DNA from: Nitrospinales bacterium | GTDB taxonomy: Bacteria > Nitrospinota > Nitrospinia > Nitrospinales > VA-1 | Length of the DNA: 64,000 bases | Assembly: GCA_965223795.1 (NCBI GenBank) | Contig: CBDCXL010000002.1 | Coordinates: 2,080,001-2,144,000, forward strand | Direction: 5' to 3' | In this document: in pieces, positions 50,861-60,356 of the stretch | Layout of the letters: every line of letters begins with the position of its first letter | Position numbering within the stretch: position 1 is the stretch's first letter | Program-made: the position numbers and the translations under genes | Notes under the pieces: generated by a model | Seen by the model: only the letters and a program-made list of their open reading frames with translations | Told to the model about the DNA's origin: nothing | Database searches by the model: none

Positions 50861-52363
50861 TTGTCCTTTCTCAATCGTTTTCTCGCCAATGCGTTCTGGA
50901 CGGTGTTCGGCAAGGTCTGCGTCCAGCTCATTCTGTTCGCGGTCTCCATCGCCATCACCCGTTATCTCGGCAGCGAGCGGCTGGGGGTCTACGCCACGCT
51001 GCTGGTCATCCCGGCGTTCGTCCGGCTGCTCAATCAGCTGGGCCTGGAGACGCTGATCAACCAGAAGCTCCCGCAGTTGAACGTGAACGATCCCACAGGC
51101 AGGCAGGGCCGCTTTCTCGTGCGGCGTTTGTTTGTCCTGCGTTTTTTTTCTTCCGTGCTGTTCTGCGGCCTGATTTATTTTGTTCTGCCCTTGTATCTGG
51201 AGTTCATCCAACGGCCGGATCTGCTTGCATATCGCTGGGTGCTGGTGATTTATTTTTTCGTCATCACGCTGGATTCGCTGTTCAGCACGCTGTTCATGAC
51301 GCTGCTCAAGTACCGGCTGATCATGCTCGTCGAAACGGCGGGCGCGCTTTGCAACCTGGGCCTGCTCGTCCTGTTCATCGTGCAGGATAAGGGGATCGAA
51401 GGCGTGCTGTGGGCGTACGTGCTGTCGGTGCTGGTGACGCTTTCGATCTACGGCACACTGGCGCTGCGCCAGTTCAAAGGGGAAACCGAGCCGGTCGCGT
51501 GGGGCGGGATGAAGCACCTCGCCTGGGTTTCCTACGGCATCAGTCTGCTGAGTTTCGGCCTGCTCACGCAGAGCGATGTGCTGATGATGAATTATTTTCA
51601 GATCGCGGACGCGGACATCGGTTACTATCATCTCGCCCACGGCCTGGCGCTCATGGCGGCGTTCGTGCTCACCGGCTTCGGACCCCTGGCGCTGTCTTTG
51701 TTTTCAGAAACGTTCGCCAGAGAATCGCATGCGGGGCTGGCCCGCATCTGGTGCGAGATCGTCGGGTTCTCGGCGTTTCTCACGCTGCCGATCTACGTGT
51801 TCGTTTTCTTCAATGCGGAAGCGTTGATCCGTTTCGTGTACGGCGCGCCGTTCACGGGGGCGGCGGGCATCCTGGCGCTGTTCTCCCTGCTGCTCGGCGC
51901 CAGCGTGGCACTGGGAAGCAATTACACGGTCTCGACGCTGTTTGTGCTTGAGAAACGCAATACCGCGATGCGCTCGACCATCGAGGGCAGCGTGCTGAAC
52001 GTCGCGCTCAATCTGCTGCTGATCCCGCGGTTCGGAGTCTGGGGCGCGACGCTGGCCACGGGATCGGTCATGCTTTACATGGTGATCCGGCAGCTGGCAT
52101 CGATTCAGGCATCCATCCGCATCCTGCCGGTGTTCGCGGTGATGGGGAAATGCCTGTGCCTGTCCGTCGCCGCGGCGCTGCCGCTGTTGTTGACGGACGC
52201 CTGGTTCGGCGGACAGCTCATCGTCAATGCCGTGGTCTATATTGCAAGTTTTTTGCTGCTCATGGCGTGGAGCAAACCGATCAGCGAGGAACATCGGCGG
52301 GTGATCGCGGATCTGTATCCGCGTGCCGGCGGCTGGGTGCGGTGTTTTGTCCGCGGCGCGTAA
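50861..52363 (+). CDS. Wzx-like oligosaccharide flippase (MOP superfamily)
   Basis: TRYLG...GVY, D.LM...IGYY and LNLLLIPRFG..GA motifs; many transmembrane segments. Start is uncertain. Confidence 0.85.
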   Translation: MSFLNRFLANAFWTVFGKVCVQLILFAVSIAITRYLGSERLGVYATLLVIPAFVRLLNQLGLETLINQKLPQLNVNDPTGRQGRFLVRRLFVLRFFSSVLFCGLIYFVLPLYLEFIQRPDLLAYRWVLVIYFFVITLDSLFSTLFMTLLKYRLIMLVETAGALCNLGLLVLFIVQDKGIEGVLWAYVLSVLVTLSIYGTLALRQFKGETEPVAWGGMKHLAWVSYGISLLSFGLLTQSDVLMMNYFQIADADIGYYHLAHGLALMAAFVLTGFGPLALSLFSETFARESHAGLARIWCEIVGFSAFLTLPIYVFVFFNAEALIRFVYGAPFTGAAGILALFSLLLGASVALGSNYTVSTLFVLEKRNTAMRSTIEGSVLNVALNLLLIPRFGVWGATLATGSVMLYMVIRQLASIQASIRILPVFAVMGKCLCLSVAAALPLLLTDAWFGGQLIVNAVVYIASFLLLMAWSKPISEEHRRVIADLYPRAGGWVRCFVRGA

Positions 52364-52387
52364 AATGAAAACTAACGGTGAGACACA

Positions 52388-53437
52388 ATGAACCCTCCTG
52401 TTGACTTTGAATTCTGCGGCCGGCCTCTGGGGGCGGGGCACCCGCCGGTGATCGTGGCGGAGGTGGGTTTCAACCATAACGGCGACGCCGCCCTCGCCAG
52501 GCGGATGATCGAAGCGGCGGCGCAAAGCGGCGCCGACGCGGTGAAGCTGCAGACCTTTGTCGCCGGAGAATTCATTTCCAGGCGTCACCGGGCCGTGGAC
52601 CCGGAGCAACCGGACAACGAGATTCCCATCTACGAGTTCTTCCAGCGCTCCGAGCTCACGCGTGATGAATATGAAGCGTTGTTCGAACACGCACGCGGTC
52701 TCGGCGTGCCGCTGTTCTCGACACCGTTCGACGAGGCATCTCTCGAACTGTTGATCGATTGCAGCACGCCTGCCCTGAAGGTGGCGTCTCCGGATCTCAC
52801 CCACCTTGCGTTCATCCGACAGATGGCGGACTGCGGTGTGCCGCTGGTGATCTCCACCGGGATGGGGACGCACGCGGAAATCGCGGCGGCGCTGAAGGCG
52901 GCGCGGGAGGCGGGCAACGAGCGGCTGGTGCTGTTGCACTGTGTGTCGAACTACCCGTCACGGCATGAGGAGATGAACCTGCGCTGTCTTGAAAAACTGC
53001 AGCAAGCGTTCCAGGTTCCGGTCGGGCTTTCCGATCACACGACGGACAACCTGTCGGCGATCGTCGCGGCGTCGCTGGGGGCGGTGATGATCGAAAAGCA
53101 TTTCACGATCGACCGCGCGCTGCCGGGAGCGGACAACGCGATCTCGATGCAGCCTGAGGATCTGCGCGCGCTGGTTCAAGCGACGCGGGCGGTGCCGAAG
53201 ATACTCGGCGACGGAGAGCGGCGGCTGCAGGATTCGGAGATCCCGGTCAAGGCGGCGGCGCGGCGCAGCCTGGTGGCGCGTTGCGACATCGAGGCCGGCA
53301 CGGTGCTGTCGCAGGAGATGATCGCGGCGAAGCGGCCGGGAACCGGCATCGCGCCCGCAGAGATCGGCCGGTTGCTCGGGAAAAAACTCAAAACCCAAAT
53401 TCTCGAAGATCAGCTTTTCGACTGGGACATGGTGTGA
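52388..53437 (+). CDS. N-acetylneuraminate/nonulosonate synthase family protein (NeuB/PseI/LegI-like) with SAF domain
   Basis: AEVGFNHNG, STPFD, ISTGM, GLSDHT, IEKHFT and KRPGTG motifs. Confidence 0.92.
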   Translation: MNPPVDFEFCGRPLGAGHPPVIVAEVGFNHNGDAALARRMIEAAAQSGADAVKLQTFVAGEFISRRHRAVDPEQPDNEIPIYEFFQRSELTRDEYEALFEHARGLGVPLFSTPFDEASLELLIDCSTPALKVASPDLTHLAFIRQMADCGVPLVISTGMGTHAEIAAALKAAREAGNERLVLLHCVSNYPSRHEEMNLRCLEKLQQAFQVPVGLSDHTTDNLSAIVAASLGAVMIEKHFTIDRALPGADNAISMQPEDLRALVQATRAVPKILGDGERRLQDSEIPVKAAARRSLVARCDIEAGTVLSQEMIAAKRPGTGIAPAEIGRLLGKKLKTQILEDQLFDWDMV

Positions 53438-53471
53438 AGTCCGCGTGACGGCCGTTCGGGGGATACGGCTT

Positions 53472-54473
53472 TCAGTTCGCGGTTGCGTTTTTTCCGGCGG
53501 CCTCTGCATCCCGGTTCGTTAACGGCAGGCGGCACAGGCCCGCGACGAGGCTGCCCAGGATGCAGTGTGTCAGGGCGGAGAGGGCGCCCGGCACCGTGGC
53601 CAGGCCGAAGCCGGGAAAGTTGGTGCGCGCCAGCTCGGTCGCCAGCCCGGAGTTCTGCATCCCCACTTCCACCGAAACGGTCTGGGCATCCCGGTTGTCG
53701 AATCGAAGCAGGCGGGCGAGCCCGTATCCCAGAAGAAAACCCAGCGCGTGCAACGTGACGACGGCGGCCAGCAGCGGCAGGCCGGTTGCGACGATGGCGT
53801 CTTTTTTTGCGGCGAGGATGAAATCGACGATGAACACGATGGACAGCACCGCGGCGAAGGGCGTGTAGGCGTTGATCTTCTTCACGCCGTCGTGAAACCA
53901 GCGATTGAGCAGGACGCCCGCGAGCACGGGCAGGACCACCACCTGAAACGTGTCGATCAGCAGACCCAGGGTGTCCACCTCGATGGCGGTTCCCAGCAGC
54001 TCCTCGGAGAGCGAATGGATGAGCCAGGTGGTCAACAGCGGCGTCATGAGGACCGCGAGCAGGGTGGAGACGGTGGTGAGGCTGACGGAAAGGGCGACGT
54101 TGATGCGGGCGATGAAGCACACGACGTTCGAAGCGGTGCCGCCGGGACAGCAGGCGACGAGCACCAGCCCGATGACGTAGTCGATCTGCAGGTGGAAAGC
54201 GCGCGCCAGGAAAAACGCCAGCAGCGGCATGATGGTGTATTGCAGGCCGACGCCCGCGAGGATGGCACGGGGGATTTTGAGGACGCGCGCGAAATCCTGG
54301 AACTCCAGGGTCAGTCCCATGCTCAGCATGATCACGCCGAGGAAGAAGGGGATCCAGGTCGGTTGAAACCAGGTGGCGGTTTCCGGCCGCCACAGGGCGA
54401 GGCCAGCGCCGATCAGCACCCAAAGTGGAAAAGCGTTGGCCAGGGTGAGAAAGAACCGTTCGCTGCGGGACAC
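53472..54473 (-). CDS. Bile acid:sodium symporter family transporter
   Basis: MGLTL, QYTIMP, PGGTASNV and EVGMQNSGL motifs. Confidence 0.93.
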   Translation of the reverse strand: MSRSERFFLTLANAFPLWVLIGAGLALWRPETATWFQPTWIPFFLGVIMLSMGLTLEFQDFARVLKIPRAILAGVGLQYTIMPLLAFFLARAFHLQIDYVIGLVLVACCPGGTASNVVCFIARINVALSVSLTTVSTLLAVLMTPLLTTWLIHSLSEELLGTAIEVDTLGLLIDTFQVVVLPVLAGVLLNRWFHDGVKKINAYTPFAAVLSIVFIVDFILAAKKDAIVATGLPLLAAVVTLHALGFLLGYGLARLLRFDNRDAQTVSVEVGMQNSGLATELARTNFPGFGLATVPGALSALTHCILGSLVAGLCRLPLTNRDAEAAGKNATAN

Positions 54474-54482
54474 GGAAACGGA

Positions 54483-55124
54483 TCAGTATTTCTGCACGAT
54501 GATGCTGGAGAAGGCGACTTTGCCGTTGTCGAAGGCCTGGTAGCGGATGACCTTGAGGTTTTTGAAAATTTCGAGCATCTCGTTTTCGTTGAGCAGGTAT
54601 TTGGGGTTGAACTTGGCGTACTTCAGATAGTCCGTGTTGTAGGTTTCAATCACCGCCATGCCGCCGGGCTTCAACGCTTCGGCGAACTGGGTGAACAGGC
54701 TGCGCTGCATGTAATAGGTGCAGACGATCAGGTCGTAGGCGTTTTTTTCCATCTGGTGCGTTTCCAGATCGACGACCCTGGTTTCGATCTTCACACCGTG
54801 GTGGGCCGCCAGCTTGTGGGCCTTGTCGAGGCCTTTCTGGGAGATGTCGAGTCCCAGCACGTCGAAGCCCTGCGTCGCCAGATACACGCCGTTGCGCCCT
54901 TCTCCCATCGCCAGATCCACCGCCCGTCCCTTAGGAAGAAGGTGGATGTTTTCTTTCAGGAACGGGATCGGCTGGGTGCCGAACAGGTACTGATCGGGGT
55001 CTTTGTAATGCTCGTCCCAGCGCTCGGCGTCGCGGGGCTTGGCCTCTCCCGTTGCGGGCGTGAGCCCGGCCAGGATAAGCACGGTCAGTGCGAGGACACA
55101 ACTTCGGGCGATCGAAGCTTTCAT
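54483..55124 (-). CDS. Class I SAM-dependent methyltransferase (TehB-like) with an apparent signal peptide
   Basis: AVDLAMGEGRN, GLDIS and LKPGG motifs; hydrophobic N-terminus ending GEA. Confidence 0.85.
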   Translation of the reverse strand: MKASIARSCVLALTVLILAGLTPATGEAKPRDAERWDEHYKDPDQYLFGTQPIPFLKENIHLLPKGRAVDLAMGEGRNGVYLATQGFDVLGLDISQKGLDKAHKLAAHHGVKIETRVVDLETHQMEKNAYDLIVCTYYMQRSLFTQFAEALKPGGMAVIETYNTDYLKYAKFNPKYLLNENEMLEIFKNLKVIRYQAFDNGKVAFSSIIVQKY

Positions 55125-55293
55125 TATCTTTATCCTTCGGGCTTATTTGGGGCGGATTTTCCCGACATTCTACCGGAACCCCCCGGCCCGTTCAAGCCGA
55201 TTTCCCGGTTTGCTTTGCGTTGGAGAGCGTTGTAGAATAAGCCATCCAAAAGGTGTCTGGCCCGTTGATTCAGTGATTCTTTGGGAGGTTCGC

Positions 55294-55851
55294 ATGCCCG
55301 TTCATACACGGATAGTTCGAAGCCTGATTTTCATCCTCTGCGCGTCCATCCTCTGTCTTCCCCTTGCCGCATTCGCAAAGACGCAGGATGCCAAGAAACC
55401 CGTCGCCAGCTCCGCCGACAAGCGATTCCAGGATTTTGGAGACGGCACCGTTCTGGACTCCCGGACCGGCCTGATGTGGATGAAGAAGGATTACTGGCAG
55501 CGCGAGGGCAAATGGGTCAACTGGTACACGGCAAACGAATACGCCCAGAGGATGAACAACAAGGAATTCGCGGGCTACTCCGACTGGCGGCTGCCCACTG
55601 CCGAAGAGGCGGCCAGCCTGTACGACCGCCGCAAGCGCAACGTGGACAAAGACGGAGATAAAATCTACCTCGACCGCATGTTCCCGAAAGGCGCCGGCTG
55701 GAGCACCTGGACCAGCGACGAGAAAAGCAGCAAGGCGGTCGTGGTTTCCCTGAAGGATGAAGGCGGCAGCAGCTACCAGGACAAGATCACCGGCACGGAC
55801 GCGTTTCTGCGCCTGGTGCGCGGACCGCTCCCCTCGGCGAAGCTGAATTGA
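55294..55851 (+). CDS. Secreted DUF1566-domain protein
   Basis: Signal peptide; GTV.D..TGLMW, AGYSDWRLPT..E and RLVR motifs. Confidence 0.85.
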   Translation: MPVHTRIVRSLIFILCASILCLPLAAFAKTQDAKKPVASSADKRFQDFGDGTVLDSRTGLMWMKKDYWQREGKWVNWYTANEYAQRMNNKEFAGYSDWRLPTAEEAASLYDRRKRNVDKDGDKIYLDRMFPKGAGWSTWTSDEKSSKAVVVSLKDEGGSSYQDKITGTDAFLRLVRGPLPSAKLN

Positions 55852-55872
55852 CGCGGACCTCTCCGCGTTTCT
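55851..55872 (+). terminator. Putative intrinsic terminator
   Basis: ACGCGGA-CCTC-TCCGCGT followed by TTCT, immediately at the stop codon. Confidence 0.45.
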
Positions 55873-56353
55873 GAATCCTCCCTCCCTAGTTTCGCAGCCT
55901 GAGTTCCGGCATCGCATCGTCATCCCCGATCGTTCGCTGCCGGCGCAGGTGGTATTTTTACGACAGTCGTTTCACGATTCCACGGTGTCTGAATTCCAGT
56001 TTTCGCTCTCTTTTTTTTCTTCCCCAACTCCCATAATACAAATCGAAGGCTGCCGCAACGGTTGACCGCTCTCCTGCTTGTAGGGTGGATTCATCGCGGC
56101 GGACGGTGCGTTCCGGGCCGCATTCAAACCTGTCAAACCGGGCTCGGGAGGGGCCGCCGGAGCCCCGCAGGCCTGGAAACCGGGGTGGAATCCGGCGGTG
56201 CTTTGGGATTATGATTGGATTGAACCGATATCGTTTTCTGGGGAGGCGCGGCAACACAGGCTGCAAAGGGCAACGGCCCTTTTACGGCCTCGCTCGATTT
56301 GAAACGAATTCTGGCAATCAAAAGGTGCTTAATTTCAGCAAAGGAGAGACATC

Positions 56354-56983
56354 ATGAACCACACCCGATTTATTCGACCGATTCTGTTGTTCGCTGTCCT
56401 GTTCGCGGCCTCGTCTTCCGCCTGGATCGTGAAGGAGGCGCAGGCCAACCCGCTCAAGGGCTACACCATTCATGTGACCGCGCCGCACATCATGGACGGG
56501 GAAGTCATCGGTCCGTTCCACCATTTCTGCAAGCCCATCAACAGCGACATCATCCAGTGCATTCTGTTCGAGTCCACCGATGAGAACGCGCGGCTGACCG
56601 AGGTCGAATACATGGTCTCGAAAAAACTGGCGCGCAATGTGATCCCCAAATGGTCGCACCAGAAAAACTGGCACGACCACAAACAGGAAATCGAGACCGG
56701 ACGCGTCGCCATCGTGAACCCGTCCGACGCGGCGGAACAGAAGAAACTGGCCGAGTATGTGAGCGACACGGACGGCATCATCTTTCACCTCTGGCCGCAC
56801 GACGCGCCGATCCCCGACGGTTCGGTGGGCATCGCGCAATCGATCGGACACTGGGAAGCCATTCACGGAAAGGTGGATGAGACGGCACAGAAATCAAAGT
56901 CATCGGATTCCGATGAATCGGGATTTTTCTCGGAAGTGCTCAAGCGGCTGGGCATCCAGGAAGTGCAGGGTGCGTTCAAGTGA
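56354..56983 (+). CDS. Secreted DUF1264/OBAP-like protein
   Basis: Signal peptide (AQA); HHFCK, QCILF, EVEYMVS and WHDH..E motifs; AAGGAG ribosome-binding site. Confidence 0.8.
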   Translation: MNHTRFIRPILLFAVLFAASSSAWIVKEAQANPLKGYTIHVTAPHIMDGEVIGPFHHFCKPINSDIIQCILFESTDENARLTEVEYMVSKKLARNVIPKWSHQKNWHDHKQEIETGRVAIVNPSDAAEQKKLAEYVSDTDGIIFHLWPHDAPIPDGSVGIAQSIGHWEAIHGKVDETAQKSKSSDSDESGFFSEVLKRLGIQEVQGAFK

Positions 56984-57120
56984 CCGCGCCGGCTGTTTTG
57001 ACGGAGTTTTAATACCTGCTGTTTCGGGCGCGGGCTTTGCCTTCGGCCAGGTCCGCACCCGAACGCAGGCTGATATCGAATACATGGACTTTTTAAGAAA
57101 AATCGATAGAGGAACGCGAG

Positions 57121-57555
57121 ATGTGGACCCTTAAAAAATTCGGCACGTTGTTCATCGCTGGTTTTCTGCTTCTCGCCCTGGGACGGGCCGGGGCGTTTCA
57201 CGGGGATATCTATGAACCGCGCGTTCCTCCTGAACAGCTCGAAAGGGTTCAGGAAATCGAAAACCCCTTTCCTGCCACGCCCGAACGGGTGGAGGCGGGA
57301 AAGGAGATCTATTTCGGCAAGGGGCTCTGCGTCACCTGCCACAGCAACAACGGCAAGGGCGTGCGCATTCCCGGCCACTCTCCGCGCGATTTCACCGATA
57401 CCAAGTGGCAGGAAATACGAACGGACGGCGAGTTGATGTGGATCCTTAGAAACGGCAGTCCGGGAACGGGCATGCCCGTGCGGGTGGGAAAGGTGATCAC
57501 GGAGGAGGAAGGCTGGAACGTCATTCATTATATCCGCACTTTTTCCGGCCAGTGA
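57121..57555 (+). CDS. Monoheme cytochrome c
   Basis: Signal peptide; CVTCH; DGELMWIL.NGSPGTGMP (likely Met ligand). Confidence 0.92.
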   Translation: MWTLKKFGTLFIAGFLLLALGRAGAFHGDIYEPRVPPEQLERVQEIENPFPATPERVEAGKEIYFGKGLCVTCHSNNGKGVRIPGHSPRDFTDTKWQEIRTDGELMWILRNGSPGTGMPVRVGKVITEEEGWNVIHYIRTFSGQ

Positions 57556-57633
57556 GGCCTGGGTCGTGCCTTGTGCCGGAAGACCGTGCGCGCTGCCGGG
57601 GCTGTTCGTGATTTATATAAAAGGAGGTGCATC

Positions 57634-59061
57634 ATGTTTTTCAAACAATATTATTTAGGCTGTCTCGCCCACGCCTCGTATCTGATCGGCGATGCAAAAA
57701 CCCGGACGGCGGTGGTGGTCGACCCGCAGCGGGACATCGAACAATATATAAACGATGCGGACGCAAACGGCTTTCGCATCGCGCATGTCATCCTCACGCA
57801 TTTTCACGCGGATTTCGTGGCCGGCCACCTTGAACTGCGCGACCGGGCAGGGGCGACGATCCATCTGGGCGCGAAAGCGCAGGCGGAGTACGATTTCGTT
57901 CCGCAAAAAGACAAAAGCCGGCTTGAGATCGGGAATGTGGTGCTTGAGTTTCTGGAAACGCCGGGACACACGCCCGAGGGGATTTCCATTCTTGTTCATG
58001 ACCTTGAAAAAAACCGCAAACAGCCGCAGATGGTTCTGACCGGGGACACGCTGTTCATCGGCGATGTGGGGCGGCCGGACCTGATGGCTTCGGAAGGCAT
58101 CACCGAAAAAGAACTTGCCAGCATGCTGTACGACTCTTTGCACGAAAAACTGATGCCGCTTCCGGACGACACGCTGGTCTACCCCGCACATGGGGCGGGA
58201 TCGCTGTGCGGGAAGAACCTGAGCGACGACACGGTGTCCACCATCGGCCGCCAGAAACAGTCGAACTACGCCCTGCAGCCGATGAGCCGCGAGGAATTCA
58301 TCGCCCTGGTCACGGAAAACCTTCCGCAGGCGCCGCAGTATTTTTCCTACGACGCCCGGCTGAACAAAAAGGAACGGCAGAACCTGGACAGTGCGCTGCG
58401 TGAAAGCCTGCGGCCGCTCTCACTCGAAGAGGTGCTGCAAAGGCAGAATGCCGGAGACCAGATTCTCGACACGCGCCCGGAATCGGATTTCAACGCGGGT
58501 CACCTGAAAGGCGCGGTGCAGGTGGGGCTGGGCGGCAAGTTCGCCACCTGGGCGGGGATTGTGCTGGATCCCGACATTCCCATCGTCATCATCGCGGAGC
58601 CGGGAAGCGAATACGAAGCGGAGATGCGGCTGGGCCGCATCGGTTTTGATAAAGTAGAGGGTTACCTCAAGGACGGCATGCGGGCGCTGGAGGAAAGGCC
58701 GGATCTCACCGATTCGGTGACCAGCGCGACGCCGGAAGAATTGCTTGCTCTGCTTGAAAAAGGCGGGACGCCGTATGTGCTCGATATCCGTTCCGCCGCC
58801 GAATTCAAGGACGGACACATCGCGAACGCGGTCTCCCTGCCGCTCAACGATCTGAAGCGACGGATCGATGAAGTCCCCAAAGACCGCCCGGTGTGGGTCC
58901 ACTGTGCCGGCGGATACCGTTCCGTCATCGCTAGCAGCCTGCTCAAGAAAAACGGAGTGGCACAGACGATCAATCTATTGGGCGGGCTGGAAGGCCTGAA
59001 ACGCTACCGCGCGTTCGAAGAAAAGTTTTTCAGCCGCGACGGGAATGCCGTGGGTGTCTGA
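57634..59061 (+). CDS. MBL-fold persulfide dioxygenase-like protein fused to two rhodanese domains
   Basis: THFHADF, TPGHTPE, GDTLFIGDVGRPDL and PAHGAGSLCGK motifs; C-terminal HCAGGYRS; AAGGAGG ribosome-binding site. Confidence 0.9.
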   Translation: MFFKQYYLGCLAHASYLIGDAKTRTAVVVDPQRDIEQYINDADANGFRIAHVILTHFHADFVAGHLELRDRAGATIHLGAKAQAEYDFVPQKDKSRLEIGNVVLEFLETPGHTPEGISILVHDLEKNRKQPQMVLTGDTLFIGDVGRPDLMASEGITEKELASMLYDSLHEKLMPLPDDTLVYPAHGAGSLCGKNLSDDTVSTIGRQKQSNYALQPMSREEFIALVTENLPQAPQYFSYDARLNKKERQNLDSALRESLRPLSLEEVLQRQNAGDQILDTRPESDFNAGHLKGAVQVGLGGKFATWAGIVLDPDIPIVIIAEPGSEYEAEMRLGRIGFDKVEGYLKDGMRALEERPDLTDSVTSATPEELLALLEKGGTPYVLDIRSAAEFKDGHIANAVSLPLNDLKRRIDEVPKDRPVWVHCAGGYRSVIASSLLKKNGVAQTINLLGGLEGLKRYRAFEEKFFSRDGNAVGV

Positions 59062-59108
59062 GGAATCTTATTATTGAGAGGATTTTATATTCGAGGAGCA
59101 AGAGGGCC

Positions 59109-60317
59109 ATGCGTTGTTCAAGAAAAGCCATCGGATTCCTGCTTTGCGTTCTGTTTCTGGCCAGTGATTTTCTTTCCGGCATGGCCGAGGCCATTCCCGT
59201 TTTTGCCCGGCGCTACAAGGTGAGCTGCACGGTCTGTCACATCGGTTTCCCCAAACTGAACGGCTTCGGCGAAGCGTTCGCGGGCAACGGCTACCGGTTC
59301 CCCGGTGCGGACCTGAAAGATCAGAGCGTGGAAACGGGCGACGACAAGCTGCAGCTTCTGGATCATCTGCCGCTGGCGATCCGCGCCGATTCGTTTTTCC
59401 GGGTGCGCAACGACACCCGAACCAAAACCGATTTTGAAGTCCCGTTCGCCATCAAGGTTTTATCGAGCGCGCCCATCACCGACAACATCTCATACTATTT
59501 TTATTTTCTGTTCGACGAACGCGGGGACACGGGCGGTGTGGAGGACGCGTTCATCTTTCTGAACGATGCCTATAAAGATGTCGATCTCGACCTTCGCATC
59601 GGCCAGTTTCAGGTCACGGACATCCTGTTTCCCAGGGAACAGCGGCTGACCTTTCAGGATTTCACCTATTACGTCACCGAGGTCAGCGCCAGCGGATTCA
59701 ATCTGACCTACGACCGGGCGGCGGAGCTTTCCTACAATTTCGATGTCACCGACTCGTTCGGCGCGGGCCTGGTGGTGGGCGTCGCCAACGGCAACGGGAT
59801 CGGCACGGCGGACAGCGACCGCAATTTCGATTCGGACGGCTTCAAGAACGTTTACGGAAAGGTGTCGCTGTCGCTCGGGGATCAGGGCGCGGGGGTGTAT
59901 GTCTACAGCGGGAGAGAAGAAAATCCCGTGGCTATCCGCAATGAGTTCATCCGCGTCGGGCCGGATTTCAATTTCTGGCTGTTCGAAGACTGGAATCTGT
60001 GGGGAAATTTTTTATACGGAAAGGATTCGAACGCGCGGTTCACAGAGGGATCGTTGGGCGAAATCGAATCCTGGGGCGGCTTCGCGGGTGTCACGCATGC
60101 GTTTGCCGAGGACTGGATTTTGAACCTTTTGTACAACCGCGTGAAGGTGTACGGAAGGCAGGACCTGGACGCCAACACGATGACGGTGAACGTCACCTAT
60201 TTTCTCAGGCGCAATTTCAAATTGCTGGCTGAATTCACGGGAGATCTGGAGGGGACCAACGCGTTTCATCCTGTGAAAGAACACACGGGAGTGCTGGGAA
60301 TCGTTTTGGCTTATTAG
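59109..60317 (+). CDS. Cyc2-like fused monoheme cytochrome c / outer-membrane beta-barrel
   Basis: Signal peptide AEA, then IPVFARRYKVSCTVCHIGFPKLNGFGEAF..NGY, then amphipathic beta-strand-like sequence and a terminal Tyr. Confidence 0.8.
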   Translation: MRCSRKAIGFLLCVLFLASDFLSGMAEAIPVFARRYKVSCTVCHIGFPKLNGFGEAFAGNGYRFPGADLKDQSVETGDDKLQLLDHLPLAIRADSFFRVRNDTRTKTDFEVPFAIKVLSSAPITDNISYYFYFLFDERGDTGGVEDAFIFLNDAYKDVDLDLRIGQFQVTDILFPREQRLTFQDFTYYVTEVSASGFNLTYDRAAELSYNFDVTDSFGAGLVVGVANGNGIGTADSDRNFDSDGFKNVYGKVSLSLGDQGAGVYVYSGREENPVAIRNEFIRVGPDFNFWLFEDWNLWGNFLYGKDSNARFTEGSLGEIESWGGFAGVTHAFAEDWILNLLYNRVKVYGRQDLDANTMTVNVTYFLRRNFKLLAEFTGDLEGTNAFHPVKEHTGVLGIVLAY

Positions 60318-60356
60318 CGATCGCTCGGCTTGCCCGGTAAGACAAGGAGGGTTGTC

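Noticed and set aside
56160..56190. Resemblance of CAGGCCTGGAAAC to the SRP RNA core
   Set aside because: It lacks the conserved GGAA-loop followed by the AGCAG internal-loop signature.
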